From Camelus dromedarius (lineage: Eukaryota), in the NCBI RefSeq assembly GCF_036321535.1, contig NC_087472.1:99264001-99328000 (forward strand): a stretch of DNA of 64,000 nt, in the 5' to 3' direction. This document shows, one piece after another, positions 50,323 to 61,729 of this stretch. Under the pieces are notes generated by a model, which saw only the letters and a program-made list of their open reading frames with translations, ran no database searches and was not told the origin of the DNA. Position numbers and translations under genes: made by a program. Positions within the stretch are counted from its first letter, which is position 1. Each line of letters opens with the position of its first letter.

Positions 50323-50589
50323 TGCCTTTACTTTTTTTAATTGAGTTATAGTCAGTTTACAATGTTGTGTCAGTTTCTGGTGTACAGCACAATTCTTCAG
50401 TCATGATTATACATGTATTCATTTTCACATTCTTTTTCACTGTAAGCTACTACAAGATATTGAATATAGTTCCCTCTGCTATACAGTACACACTTGTTTA
50501 TCTATTTTATATGTACCAGTCAGTATCTGCAAATCTCAAACTCCCAGTTTATCCCTTCCCACCCCTCTCCCCCCATGCCTTTACTTTTT
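50323..50589 (-). mobile_element. Short young L1 3' UTR insertion with 14-bp TSD
   Basis: Colinear with the 3' UTR of the L1 at 2.2-2.45 kb. TSD tgcctttacttttt at 50323-50336 and 50576-50589; TT/AAAA site. Confidence 0.93.
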
Positions 50590-52699
50590 AATGATCAAGA
50601 AGAAAATGTGTGGCAACTAAGGGATTATAGAAAATGTCAACTTTAAATCTTCAGCATCATCTTTGAAGACTTTAGAAATATTAAATATTATTCCATCCTG
50701 CAAGGATGAACGAATTCAGAACATGAGTTCGGGAAAGACAAAATAGTCACACAGATGTTAAAATTCCAATTACATAGTTAGCACTTTGCCAAGTGGGGTT
50801 ATACCAGTTTAAGCTCTAACTCCCAGTTTGACCTGACACATCTGGGTTGGGCACACACAATGCAGGGAAGGGGATGGGAGAAGGTGACATCCTAATGTCA
50901 TGTCATCAAGTACTCGCCCATCCTTCAGTTCAGTGAGTGAAGTTTTAACCCACCACGCCTGGGTTGTCAGTTCAGGAGGCTTGGAATCAGTCTAATTCTT
51001 TGTTCCAACAGTACTCAGCAAGTTGTTATCTGTCAATAAATATCCAGCTCTAAAACTCCACGCTGTAAATCAACTTTTCAAAGTTATGTTTTTTTTTTTT
51101 CATTCTGCATACTAAGTGTTGACTACATTCAAAGCTTGTTTCAAAATGACTTCATGGGGTACCTTCTCCTTAACCAAAAGACATTGATTCATGCCACACG
51201 TCTCCAGGCAGATTTAGCTTTCTGGTGTACTAAAAATGGGCAGAAGTTCTTAGTCTAGAAAGCATATGGAGTATCTGGGTTTTGAAGGAACAAAGCATCT
51301 TAGAAAGGCTATATTATTCTTACTCTAACACCTAGGCAATGCCTCCTTCCTCTCTAATTTTTCAACAAACTTTTGTCTGTAGAAGTTAGCAAAAGCAGTC
51401 AAGTCAGAACACCATTTGCCTTGGATTTCAAAACCATAATCTCTGTTTTACTTAATTGTGCCTAGCTAAAACTTTGTGGGTTAGACTTTGTTTCACTGTA
51501 TAAAAAACAAAAACTAAAAACTAAAAAATAAAACCTTTGATAGATGTGATGACTGTAAATTCCAGCATAGCCTTGGGTAAGAAGTTGTTCCCTATTCTGC
51601 CCCTCCTCTCATATTTAAAGCAGGAATCATCTTCGCCTAGATATTCACTGACAGATAACAACTTGCTAATTACTGTTGGAACAAACACCTAGATGAATTC
51701 CAAGCCTCCTGGACTCACAACCCAGGCTTAGTGGGTTGATGCTTTACCCACTGAATTGGATTGTGAGCACGTACTTGATGACATGCTTCTGCTGGTTCCT
51801 GAGGTGCTCGAAGCATCTCTTTACTAAGTCACAGGTTCATGGGCTAGGAACATGAAACAATTGAAGACTCTGGAGATAACTAAACCTACTCACAGTTCTG
51901 ACGGTCAGGATTTTTGGATGCATCTATGGGAGAATTAAGCAATGAAAGCTCCCATGAATGTATTTGAGTAAATGATCATGGGTTTAAGGCAAAACAAAAG
52001 GACTGTTTCAACACTGTGGTACTCGGTGGCTACCAGTGGGCTTATTCAGATTGCTAATATCTGTGATATTAGGACCAGGAACTGTGTTTTCCTGTCATAG
52101 AAGACTCTAAATAATTGTTTCTAATCATTCCCTGCCTCACCTCACTACCCGGTTACATCCCAAATTTTGTGTTTTTATTCTTGTTTGAACCTCTGCTGCT
52201 GCTGCTGCTTCTGCCGCTGTTGTTGTGTCCGCCTAGGCTCACCCACCCACCTAGGAGAATCCACCAGGTGCCCACAGCAGCCAGAACGACGATTGAAAAA
52301 TGCCAATAGGAAATTGAAGAGAACAGATCACTTCTGAACTCATTTTACCAAGCCAGAATCACCCCAATACCAAAAGCAGACAAGAACATTATAGGTCATT
52401 ATGCCTGATGAGCATTGATGTAAAATGTAAAAACATTAGCAACCTGAACTCAGCAATATGTTAAAAGGATCATACAACATAATCAAGTGAGATTTACTCC
52501 TGGGATGCAGGATGGTTCAACATACACAAGTGAATGAATGTGATATATATACCACATTAACAACATGAAAGATAAAAATCATATGATTGCCTAAAAAGAT
52601 GCAGAAAAAGCATTTGACAAAATTCAACATCCTTTCACCATAAAAACTCTCAACAAATTAGGTATAGATGGGATGTACCTCAATGTAATAAATGCCATA

Positions 52700-52921
52700 C
52701 AGTTGTCCCTTGGTATCCACAGGAAATTTGGTTCCAGGACCCACCACAGATACCAAAATCCATAGATATTCAAGTCCCATAGTCACCCCTCCATATCCGC
52801 AGTTCGGCATCTGCAGGTTTAGCCAACCATAAATCATGCAGTACTATATTTATTATTGAAAAAAAATCCATGCATGAGTGGACCCACGCATTGCAAACAT
52901 TTGTTTTTTAAGGGTCAACCG
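52700..52921. mobile_element. Tigger-derived MITE (MER2/MER8-like) nested in L1 ORF2
   Basis: TIRs cagttgtccctt...aagggtcaaccg with TA duplication (52698-52699, 52922-52923). The L1 sequence gccata/taggacaagcccac resumes on either side. Confidence 0.9.
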
Positions 52922-54946
52922 TATAGGACAAGCCCACAACTAACATCATACTCAACAGTGAAAAGTTGAAAGCTTTTCCTCTAAGATCAAGGATAAGGCG
53001 AGGATGCCCACTCTTGCCACTTTTATTCAACATAGTAGTAGAAGTCCTAAGCAGAGCAATTAGGCATGGAAAAGAAATAAAAGGCATCCAAATCAGAAAG
53101 GAAGAAATAAAATTGTCTCTGTAGATGACATGATCTTATATATAAATATCCTAAATACTCCACCAAAAAACCGTTTGGATAAATGAATTCAGTAAAGTTG
53201 CAGGATACAAAATCAACATACAAAAATCTGTTGTGTTTCTATACACTAACAATGAACCATCAGAAAGAGAAATTAAGAAAATAATCCAATTTACAATTTC
53301 ATCTAAAAGAATAAAATACTTAGGAATAAATTTAACCAAGGAGGTGAAAGATCTGTGTACTGAAAACTATAATACACTGATGAAAGGAATTTAAGAGGAC
53401 ACAAATAAATGGAAAGATACTCTGTGTTCATGAATTGGAAGAACTAATACTGTTGAAACATCCATACTACCAAAAGTAATCTATAGATTCCATGCAATCC
53501 CTATCAAAATTCCAATGGCATTTTTCATAGAACTAAAACAAATTCTAAAACTCATATGGAACCAGAAAAGGCCACAGGTAGCCAATGAAATCTTGAAAGA
53601 ACAAAGATGGATGCATCATACTTCCTGATTTCAAATTATATTACAAAGCTATAATAATCAAAAATATGGTATTGCCTTAAAACAGACACATAGATCAATG
53701 GAACAGAATTGAGAGCCCAGGAATAAACTCATGCATATATGGTCAATTAATTTTCTATAAATAGCCAAGATCCAACAATAGGGAAAGAATACTGATTTCA
53801 ACAAATGGTGATAGGAAAACTGGGCAGCCATATGCAAAAGAATGAAGTGGGACCCCTATCTTACACTATACACAAAAATCAACTCAAAATGGATTATAGA
53901 CTTGAACATGAGATCTGAAATCATAAAACTCATAGAAGAAAACATAGAGGAAAAGCTCTTTGACATTGGTCTTGGCAATGATTTTTTGGATTTGACACCA
54001 TAGGCAAATAAATAAATAAATAACAAGGTGGACTACATCAAACTGAAAAGCTTCTGCACAGCAAAGGAAACCATCAACAAAATGAAAAGGCAACCTATGG
54101 AATGGGAGAAAATATTTGCAAACCATATATATCCAGTAAGGAGTTAATATACAAAATATACAAGGAACTCGATAGGGAAAAGAAAAAGAAAAAGAAAAAC
54201 TAAAAAATTGGCAAAGGACCTAAATAGACATTTTCCCAAAGAAGACATACAAATTGCCAACAGGTACATGAAAAGATGTTCAAAGTTACTAATCATCAGG
54301 GAAATGCAAATCAAAACCCCAATGAGATATCACCTCACACCTGTTAGGATAGCTATTATCGAAAAGATGAAAGCTAAGCATTGGCAAGGCTGTTGAGAAA
54401 AGGGAACCCTTGTGCACCATTAGTGGGAAGGTGAATTGATGCAGCATCTATGAAAACCATTGTGGAGATTCTTCAAGAAATTAAAACTAGAACTACCACA
54501 TGATGAAGCAATACCACGTCTGTGTATACATCCAAAGGAAGTGAAATCATTTTATCGAAGAGATATCTGTGCTCCCATGTTCATTGTAGCGTTATTTATT
54601 ATACTGAAGGTATGGAAACAACCTAAGCGTTGTTCAGCTGATGAATGGATAAAGAAAATGCATGATATATACATACATGAACATCATTCAATCCTGAAAA
54701 AGAAGGAAATCCTGCCATTTGCAACAACATGGATAAAACTGGAGGGCATTATGCTAAGTGAAACAAGCCAGACAGAGAAATGTGAAATCTGAAAAAAAAA
54801 AATCTATGTATACCTCATAGAAATGGCTGGGGGTGGGGAAAATAAGGAGAGGTTGATAAAAGGGTACAAACTTTCAGCTATAAAATGAATAAAGTCTGAG
54901 TAATGTATAGCATGGTGACTATAGTTGATAATACTGTATTGTATAG

Positions 54947-55143
54947 TTTTTGTAATTGAGATATAATTGACACATAACATTGTATAAGTTTAAGGTATAC
55001 AACGTATTGATTTGATGCATTTGTGTATTGCAATATGATTACCACCAAAGAGTTAGCTAACACTTCTATCATATCACATAATTATCTTTCTTGTGTGTGG
55101 AGAGAACAGTTAAGATCTAATCTCTTAGCAAGTTTGAAGCATA
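54947..55143 (-). mobile_element. Inverted L1 3' terminal fragment of a different subfamily, nested in the L1 3' UTR
   Basis: ttttgtaattgagatataattgacacataacattgtataagtttaaggtatacaac...aagatctaatctcttagcaagtttgaag. Confidence 0.88.
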
Positions 55144-55369
55144 TATTGAAATTTGCTAAGAGAGATCTTAAGTGTTCTCACCAAAAAAAAAAAAAAAAAG
55201 GTAAATATGTGAGGCGATGGATGCGTTAACATGATTGTGAGCCCTCTTTCTCAGTGTATGCATGGTATACATGTGTCAAATCACATTGTACACTTTAAAT
55301 ATATTACAATTTTATTCATCAATTATACCCCAGTAAAGCTTAAAAAAATACCAAAAGGACCACAACAAT

Positions 55370-55850
55370 CACAGCATTCCCCTGCTTAAAACCTTACAGT
55401 GACTTCCTATTGATCCCGGGATAAAGTCCAAACCCCTTTAGCTCATGAGCACAGCATCCTTCTGGATCAGGCCCTTGCTTACATCTTTACTACCTTATTT
55501 GTGTGTTACACTCATGCCACATCCCCAATTATGGGTTTGTTCTCCTATGATTTGCCCATTGAGAATTCCTCTTTCTGAGATCCTTCTCTGCTCCTTTCTC
55601 CATCTAGTCAATGCTTATACAATCTTTACATGACTCAAGCATCACCTCTTCCTGGAAGCCTTCCACGATCCCGCCCATCTCCAGACTGAGAAAGGTTCTA
55701 CCACTAGAGAAGCCTCTGGTTATATCTGACCCTGTGTCAGAGCCTCTCCCTCATCATACCTCAAGACCCTTGAGTGCAGAATCTATTTCTCACCTCAGTG
55801 TTCCCAGTGTCTAGCATCCTTCCTGGATCTGAAAGACTAATCAAATTCTT
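55370..55850 (+). mobile_element. L2 3' region
   Basis: ccctgcttaaaaccttacagtgacttcctattg...ggataaagtccaaac...gcatcacctcttcctggaagccttcc...cccagtgtctagca. Confidence 0.8.
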
Positions 55851-55904
55851 TTGGGAAACAGATAAAGTGCAGTGAAAATAGAGACTCCATATTGCCTGAG
55901 GTTT

Positions 55905-56315
55905 TTAAAAATGTTTATTGAAGGGTAACATTTAGAAAACTACTCAAATAAACCTGTAACTCAAGAAATAGTACAGTATCAGCTATCCAGAAGACCCCCA
56001 TCATACCCCCTTTCAGGCATTACTGCCCCAAGATAAGCACTAGCCCGCAGTCGAAATTAGTTCTGCCTGCTTTTTACTTTAAATGAATGGAAGCATACAA
56101 TATGTTCTCTTTTGTGTCTGGTTTCTTTCACTCAACATTTTATGAGATCCAACACAACTATGCTGTGCCTGATTGTAATTTGCTCATTCTCTTTTCTGTG
56201 TAGTATTCCATTGTGTAAATATACCACAGTATGTTCATCCAACTGTCGTCAGGTCGTATTTGGATAGTTTCCAATTTGGGACTTTTACAGAGTGCCGCGA
56301 TCCATATTCTTGTTT
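55905..56315 (-). mobile_element. Ancient L1 3' region (L1ME-like)
   Basis: aatggaagcatacaatatgttctcttttgtgtctggtttctttcactcaaca...gtagtattccattgtgtaaatataccaca...tagtttccaatttggg. Confidence 0.85.
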
Positions 56316-57075
56316 AAAGTTCTTCCGTTAGTCACTTACTTATTTTGTTGGTAAAAGTCACTTTTCCCAAGAAATGCCTCCAGCAGTGTCCTTAATTCCA
56401 AACTAATGTGCACATTCTTTTACTCGTTGAGTTCATTAGAGCTGGATCAGTGAGGTCAAAAATGGCAGATCAGTTATCAAAGAGCTGGTGAGTAAAATCA
56501 ACCTCCTAGGACAAACATCGTTTACAAGTTTAAGCAAACAAGTACAATTTTCTACCTCAAACATTCTAACATGCAGTTTCCTGTCATAAACATTCATAGT
56601 CTCAGGGTTACAAGTCAGCAGTCTATAGAGTTACGAAAACAAACCTTGCAATATTATAGAAATAGTCTTTGCCCTTTTGCAGTAAACAGCCTTAGAAATT
56701 TCAACTTTATGAGGACAATATATAGAAGTAAAGATTTAGCTTAAATGTTGTGAAAACTTGTATGTCAGTATTTGCTCCACTTCTCCCTTATCTCTCTAAG
56801 CAAAGGGTAATGGTTAATCCAGGGTTTCAAATTGTCAAAAATGCTGGTGTCACGTCTTAAACTTTCTCCCCATGTTTTCTTAGATACTGCCATTTGAAAC
56901 TTGTATCCTCTGGTTTCAATGTTTATCTCAACTGAGCCTGAATCATAGACACTTGGAACTTGTTTTGTTATTTTCCACAATGGTGTATATATAAATTTTT
57001 CTGATAATTACTAAAAGTTTGCTGAACTGAACTGAATTAAGTATTGTTTTAGAAAATAGTTAAGAAGTATAGACT

Positions 57076-57234
57076 GGGAGGGGAGGGTATAACTCAAGTG
57101 GTAGAATGCATGCTTAGCATGCACGAGGTCCTGGGTTCAATCCCCAGTACCTCCTCCAAGAATAAATACAGAAACCTAATTACATCCCCCTCTCAAAAAA
57201 AAAAAAAAGAATAAATAAATTAAATGGGGGAAAA
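57076..57234 (+). mobile_element. tRNA-Ala(AGC)-derived SINE (camelid vic-1 type) with TSD
   Basis: Head gggtataactcaagtggtagaatgcatgcttagcatgcacgaggtcctgggttcaatccccagtacctcc has A and B boxes and an AGC anticodon arm, followed by an A-rich tail. TSD aagtatagac at 57065-57074 and 57235-57244. Confidence 0.93.
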
Positions 57235-57734
57235 AAGTATAGACAGCCACTGAGTGTTCTGATGGCTTCATTGCATTTCCTCTTTTACATTTTTGTATTT
57301 CAGAGTTAGAAACTAGGAAAAGGTGATGTATGATTAATAACGATTTGATTGTTAAAATAAGGTGAGGTCAAACATGACCTTGTGATGTCTTGAGCAAGAA
57401 TTTAATATATAGAAGAGAGAGAGAAAGTATGGGAAATAAGAGGGGAAAATGCAAGGAATGTTTCTTTAGTGTGTTGACTGAGGATGACTAGGCAAGCCGT
57501 CAGTCAGAAGCGAAGCGGGAAAATTAGCAGCATATGTGAGGAACAATGAAAGGATCCCAAGTTAAAAAGGGTAAATGGGAAATAATTCTATGGATAGGAA
57601 CACATTAAAAGCAAACAAGCAAGCATTTCTGTAATGCACATGTGGGGAGGAGAGACAGAAATCTGTGAAAAGGCACCCACCCTCAAGAAAACTTACCACC
57701 AATGGGGTGGAGAGCTGAGGGCCCAGACGGAGCT

Positions 57735-58181
57735 TATTGTAGCTTGGCTTTCCCAGATGTAAACCCTTAGATGAGAATTCACGTGAAAGTGATTGATGGA
57801 AAGGCATTGCCAAGTAGGCGAGTGGGAAGGGGGCGGGGAAGGAAGGAGGCCAAGCAAGGGGGCAGCAGCCGGCAAGGCCACAGACGGTAACTTGGCTTTG
57901 GTCCGGAGGGCGCTCTGGGCAGTGCTGGTCCCCATCGGGAGCACAGGGACTGGTGTTGCTCCAGCTGGACTGTCAGTCATGGGCCAGGGGCTCCCCCCGG
58001 GGGCATCTCGAGCTCTCTCTCTGCACAGGCAAAGCAGGAGCCCGCAGCCAGGGGCAGCCCGCCAGCAAGGAGATGCAGGTGCGGCTATCGAGGGAGAACG
58101 CCCTCGGGGAGCGGGTGTGAGCGAAAATGGCTGAAGGGATCCAAGGGGGTAACAGGCAGAGCTCTAAGAGCAGCTGCTACA
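57735..58181 (-). mobile_element. ERVL-class solo LTR (LTR33/LTR16-like) abutting the CpG island
   Basis: tagcttggctttcccaga...gggaaggaaggaggccaagcaaggg...; ends in cagctgctaca like the 46.7-kb copy. Confidence 0.65.
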
Positions 58182-58224
58182 GAGCTCTAAAGCCTCAGTG
58201 TTGTAACTGAAGCAACATCTCCTA

Positions 58225-58455
58225 AATCGACAGAGCACGCAGGATCGGAGGGCGAGCGATGAGCTGCGCTGCGGCTTTCCGCCGGCCCCGCTGGGCACCT
58301 CTGGGAGGCGGACCAGACTGCGCGCTTCCCCGCGTGCCGCGGCCTGGAGCTGTGACGAGGTAAGCTGGCGCGTCAGCGTCCACCGTCGTGCCGACCACCG
58401 AGAGGAGGAAGGGACACCGCAGAGTGGCAGCTCGACGTCAGAGGGCGCCCTGAGG
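58225..58455 (+). promoter_or_regulatory. CpG-island promoter with probable first exon ending at 58359
   Basis: Densest CpG region of the window. GC-box-like ggaggcgga, tgcgcgc, and donor GAG|gtaagc (intron starts at 58360). CTCF-like motifs at 58417-58430 and 58435-58448. Confidence 0.75.
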
Positions 58456-58672
58456 GCATTTGAGTCCCTAGTTCTCCTATTCCTCCCTGTAGCTATGGTT
58501 TGGATTCAGAAAGCGATTCTCCTCTCCACTTTATTCTTCAGATGTTTACCGAGCACCTACTATACTCCGAGCACTGCTCTAGGGCTGAGGCTATGGAAGT
58601 TCATAGAAACCCTGTGCCCTCATGGAGCTTACAGTCTCGTGGGGAGACAGTCCACGAGATATGTGTAAATTG

Positions 58673-58878
58673 GTTTTTTTTTTTAATTCATCCCTCCCCC
58701 CTTCCCCTTTGGTAACCTTAAGTTTGTTTTCTGTGTCTGCGAGTCTGCTGCTGTGTTGTAAATGAAAGTTCATTTGTCTCATTTGTTTTTAGATTCCACA
58801 TATAAGTGATATTACATGGTGTTTGTCTTTCTCTGTCTGACTTATTTCACTTACTGTGATCACCTCTAGGTCCATCGT
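58673..58878 (-). mobile_element. Short L1 fragment (ORF2 end/3' UTR) inserted in an L2
   Basis: cccctttggtaacc...tttttagattccacatataagtgata...gtctgacttatttcactta...ctctaggtccatc, with L2-like sequence on both sides (58.53-58.65 kb, 58.95-59.1 kb). Confidence 0.85.
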
Positions 58879-60004
58879 GTATGTGCATATTGTGGATTAG
58901 TTGTCCCCCCCACTAGACTATAAGCTCCATTTTATATACGTATATATGGTAATGTCCCACAGGGACTAGTGCTACGAAGAAAATAAGCCAATAGAGAGAA
59001 GAGTGAGGAGGTTATTTGGAACAGGGCTGACAAGGGAGGCCTTTCTGCAAAGGGACATTTGAGCAGAGACACAAATAAAATGAGGGTACGAACTAGGCAA
59101 GGAGGTGGGCAGGAGTTGAATTTCTGTCAGTCACAACCAAAAGGGTCTTGAAAATTATAATGACCATGTTAAAACGTCGTGTTTCGCGGGATTATATCAG
59201 AGCAGAGCTGCCGTGGCCCCCGTGGCTGAGGGGTGTGTGTTCCTTCTGTGTCCCGTCTCGCCAGGGCGACTCCTAGGCAGGGCCCTCGCTTGGTGCTTTG
59301 GCTGGCTGCTCAGGGCTGAGTGTGCAAAGGACTGTGGCTGACAGGACCAGCTGAGATGTGGCGGACTAGGAGATTGTCCTTTATGGTAATTGGGTGACAG
59401 CGATGGAACTTTTCTCTCCTAGTTTGGTTGTAAAAATCAGGTTTTTAAATATGCTCACGTGTCCTCTTACAACATCAGTCTTCGTGGTTCAAGGATATGT
59501 TCCTTCTCTTTGGTTTGGTTTTGGTTTAGATGACGTTTTTGAAGCTATCATTTGCACACAGTATAAGTCACTCTTTATAGGTATACAGTTATATGGATTT
59601 TGACAAATACAGTCGTGTTACCACTACCACAATCATGACACAGAACATTTCCATCACCGCAAGGATGTATCTTTGAGGACACCTTCTATCCCCCTTTTTT
59701 TTTTCTCTCTTTGCTGACAAGTTGGCGATGCCAAGATAGACAAGCATGGAAAATAAAGTTAATACTTGAAAACTGAAACTGAATCTTTGCCTGGGAGTTT
59801 GAACTATAGAGGATACACAAACTATTATATAGTAATCTTCACTAAACATGTGTTTTTATGTTAATTGAGCTGTTCCTTCTAAGTACGTAAACAAAATAGC
59901 TGATATTTGAAAATGGCAATCTTGACCTGGACACTGGAACTGTAGAGGATTGGCAGATTTGATCCTATGATAATGTGACCATATATGTTTTGAGAATAGT
60001 GAAT

Positions 60005-60144
60005 GGGGGAGGGTCTAGCTCCAAGGTGGATAGAACACATGCCTAGTATGCAGAGGGTACTGGGCTCAATCCCTATCCCTCCATTTAAAAGGAATAAATA
60101 AATAAATATAATTACCTCGCCCACACCAAAAAAAAAAAAAAAAA
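60005..60144 (+). mobile_element. tRNA-Ala-derived SINE (vic-1 type), diverged
   Basis: gggggagggtctagctccaaggtggatagaacacatgcctagtatgcagagggtactgggctcaatccc...aataaataaatataattacctc...poly(A). Confidence 0.88.
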
Positions 60145-61044
60145 GAATGGAACTGTTTCTTCTTGGTAAGCAACTACCATTTAGTCGAGGGGGGTACTCC
60201 TTTAGGTAGTATCTTTGTTATAGTGCGTTCGAGACGCTAGCATTCAGACGAGATGTGAATGCTACCTTGTTCCTTCCACTACCCCCACCCTCCCCTGCAG
60301 CCTCTAGTCAGTGACCTTTCCTAACTCTCCAGGGATATCTGTCATCTGTTTTCAACATGTCAGTTCTCCTCCATTTGGGATAAAAGTCATTGAATTCTTC
60401 TCTCTTAAATCCAGTTGGGTTCCCGGTAGCTAACGTTTGTTGCATGCCAGCAAATTGCTAGTTACTTTTGGTCATTATCCCACCTTATTCACACAAACCC
60501 TAGGATGCAGGTAATATTTTACAGAAGAAAAATATGATGGGCATATTTATAGAATATCAGTGTTAGGAAATCCCAACACATTATCCCATTCAGTTCTCTT
60601 AGCAAAGCCTAGGTTATCAGTGAGGAAACTGAGGCTTCAAGAGGGCAGGAGGGTGTTTGATATTGCAGGCTCTTGGGGCATCTGCCTCGTGTTCCTCTTG
60701 CAGCTTGATTGCTCTTGGCTTTGTCCCTGGCTCTGCAGCCCGGCTACTTTTCTCCTTCATACTCCACGCCAGAGTCTCTTGGCCTTTACTCAAAGTTTTG
60801 GGGGGCCACAAATTACAGAAACTCTCTCAAACTGGCTAAAATTTTAAAAGGTAAATTTATTAGAAAGAAAGAGGGTTATCTCACAGAACACAGGGTAGAA
60901 AGTACCGTTAGGCTTCCGATATGACTGGCACCAGGAATTACAAAGCAATCAGGAACCAGGGCAACATCTTCAAACGTACTTGAGTGTGAGATCCTTTTTA
61001 CAGAAGATATCTGTAACATCCAGTAACCAGCGTTCCTTAGAACC

Positions 61045-61345
61045 TTGTCAAACAAAGTGTGAGCCACAGACCAACAGCATCAGCATCACCTGATTGGGGT
61101 TTTTTTATGGTCAGGGGGGTGGTAATGAGGTTTATTTAACGGAGGTACTGGGGATTAAACCCAGGACCTCGTGTACGCTAAACACGTGCTCTACCACTGA
61201 GCTCTTCCCTCCCCCCAGCATTATGTGAGAGCTTGTTAGGTATGCAGAGTCTCAGGCTGCACCCCAAGCCGACTGCATAAGCTTTTCCAGTCTCACAAGA
61301 TTCCCAGGTGATTCGTGTGCACACTGAAGCTTGAGAAGCACGAGC
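61045..61345. mobile_element. MER5A-like MITE interrupted by a SINE
   Basis: caaagtgtg...gaccaacagcatcagcatcacctg / gagcttgttaggtatgcagagtctcagg...caagattcccaggtgattcgtgtgcacactgaagcttgagaagcac. Confidence 0.85.
61094..61215 (-). mobile_element. tRNA-Ala-derived SINE (vic-1 type)
   Basis: Reverse complement of the SINE head: ggaggtactggggattaaacccaggacctcgtgtacgctaaacacgtgctctaccactgagct. Confidence 0.92.
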
Positions 61346-61499
61346 ACTGGCACTGGCGTAGAGCACAATTGGGGAAACAATCTATTAGGCCCCCGACGAA
61401 TCAGGAGGTTCAGCAGATGCCTTTATAGTTCTTTAACCTCTGAATAAGAACATTAGCAATCTTGTTTGGTGCACTTAGCAAGAGACATCCACTAGATAT

Positions 61500-61612
61500 T
61501 CCATTAGAATGTGAGCTCTATGAAGCAAGGACTTTGCCTTGTTATAGCTGTGTCCCTTGCACCTAGAACAAGGCCTGACAAACAGTAGGCGCTCAATTGA
61601 TACTTGTTGAAA
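61500..61612 (+). mobile_element. L2 3' end
   Basis: attagaatgtgagctctatgaagcaaggactttg...cacctagaacaaggcctgac...gtaggcgctcaattgatacttgttgaa. Confidence 0.88.
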
Positions 61613-61729
61613 AACTTTAAAAAGCACCATAGAACAGGTGAATGGAATATAGATAGTCCCCTCACTCTGTCAACATTCTATGGTGCTTGGCTTTCCTTCA
61701 ATAGAAGACGCTGTAATGATGCACTGTAC

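Larger units (their letters stand above)
52300..55349 (+). mobile_element. 3-kb L1 (RT domain to 3' end, L1MA9-like), frameshifted
   Basis: gatgcagaaaaagcatttgacaaaattcaacatcc ([11 protein letters not shown]), gtagatgacatgatctta (RT DDM motif region), ORFs 54208-54396 and 54460-54792 match the ORF2 C-terminus, and the 3' UTR ends in agtaaagcttaaaaaaa. Confidence 0.96.

Noticed and set aside
57081..57155. Apparent tRNA-Ala(AGC) gene (also 60005-60092 and 61141-61215)
   Set aside because: Substitutions disrupt the D arm, there is a shared non-tRNA tail with poly(A), a TSD flanks one copy, and three diverged copies occur in the window. These are SINEs, not tRNA genes.
60419..60510. Candidate second exon for the CpG-island gene
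   Set aside because: The apparent donor lies in MIR-like sequence and no frame gives a recognisable product.
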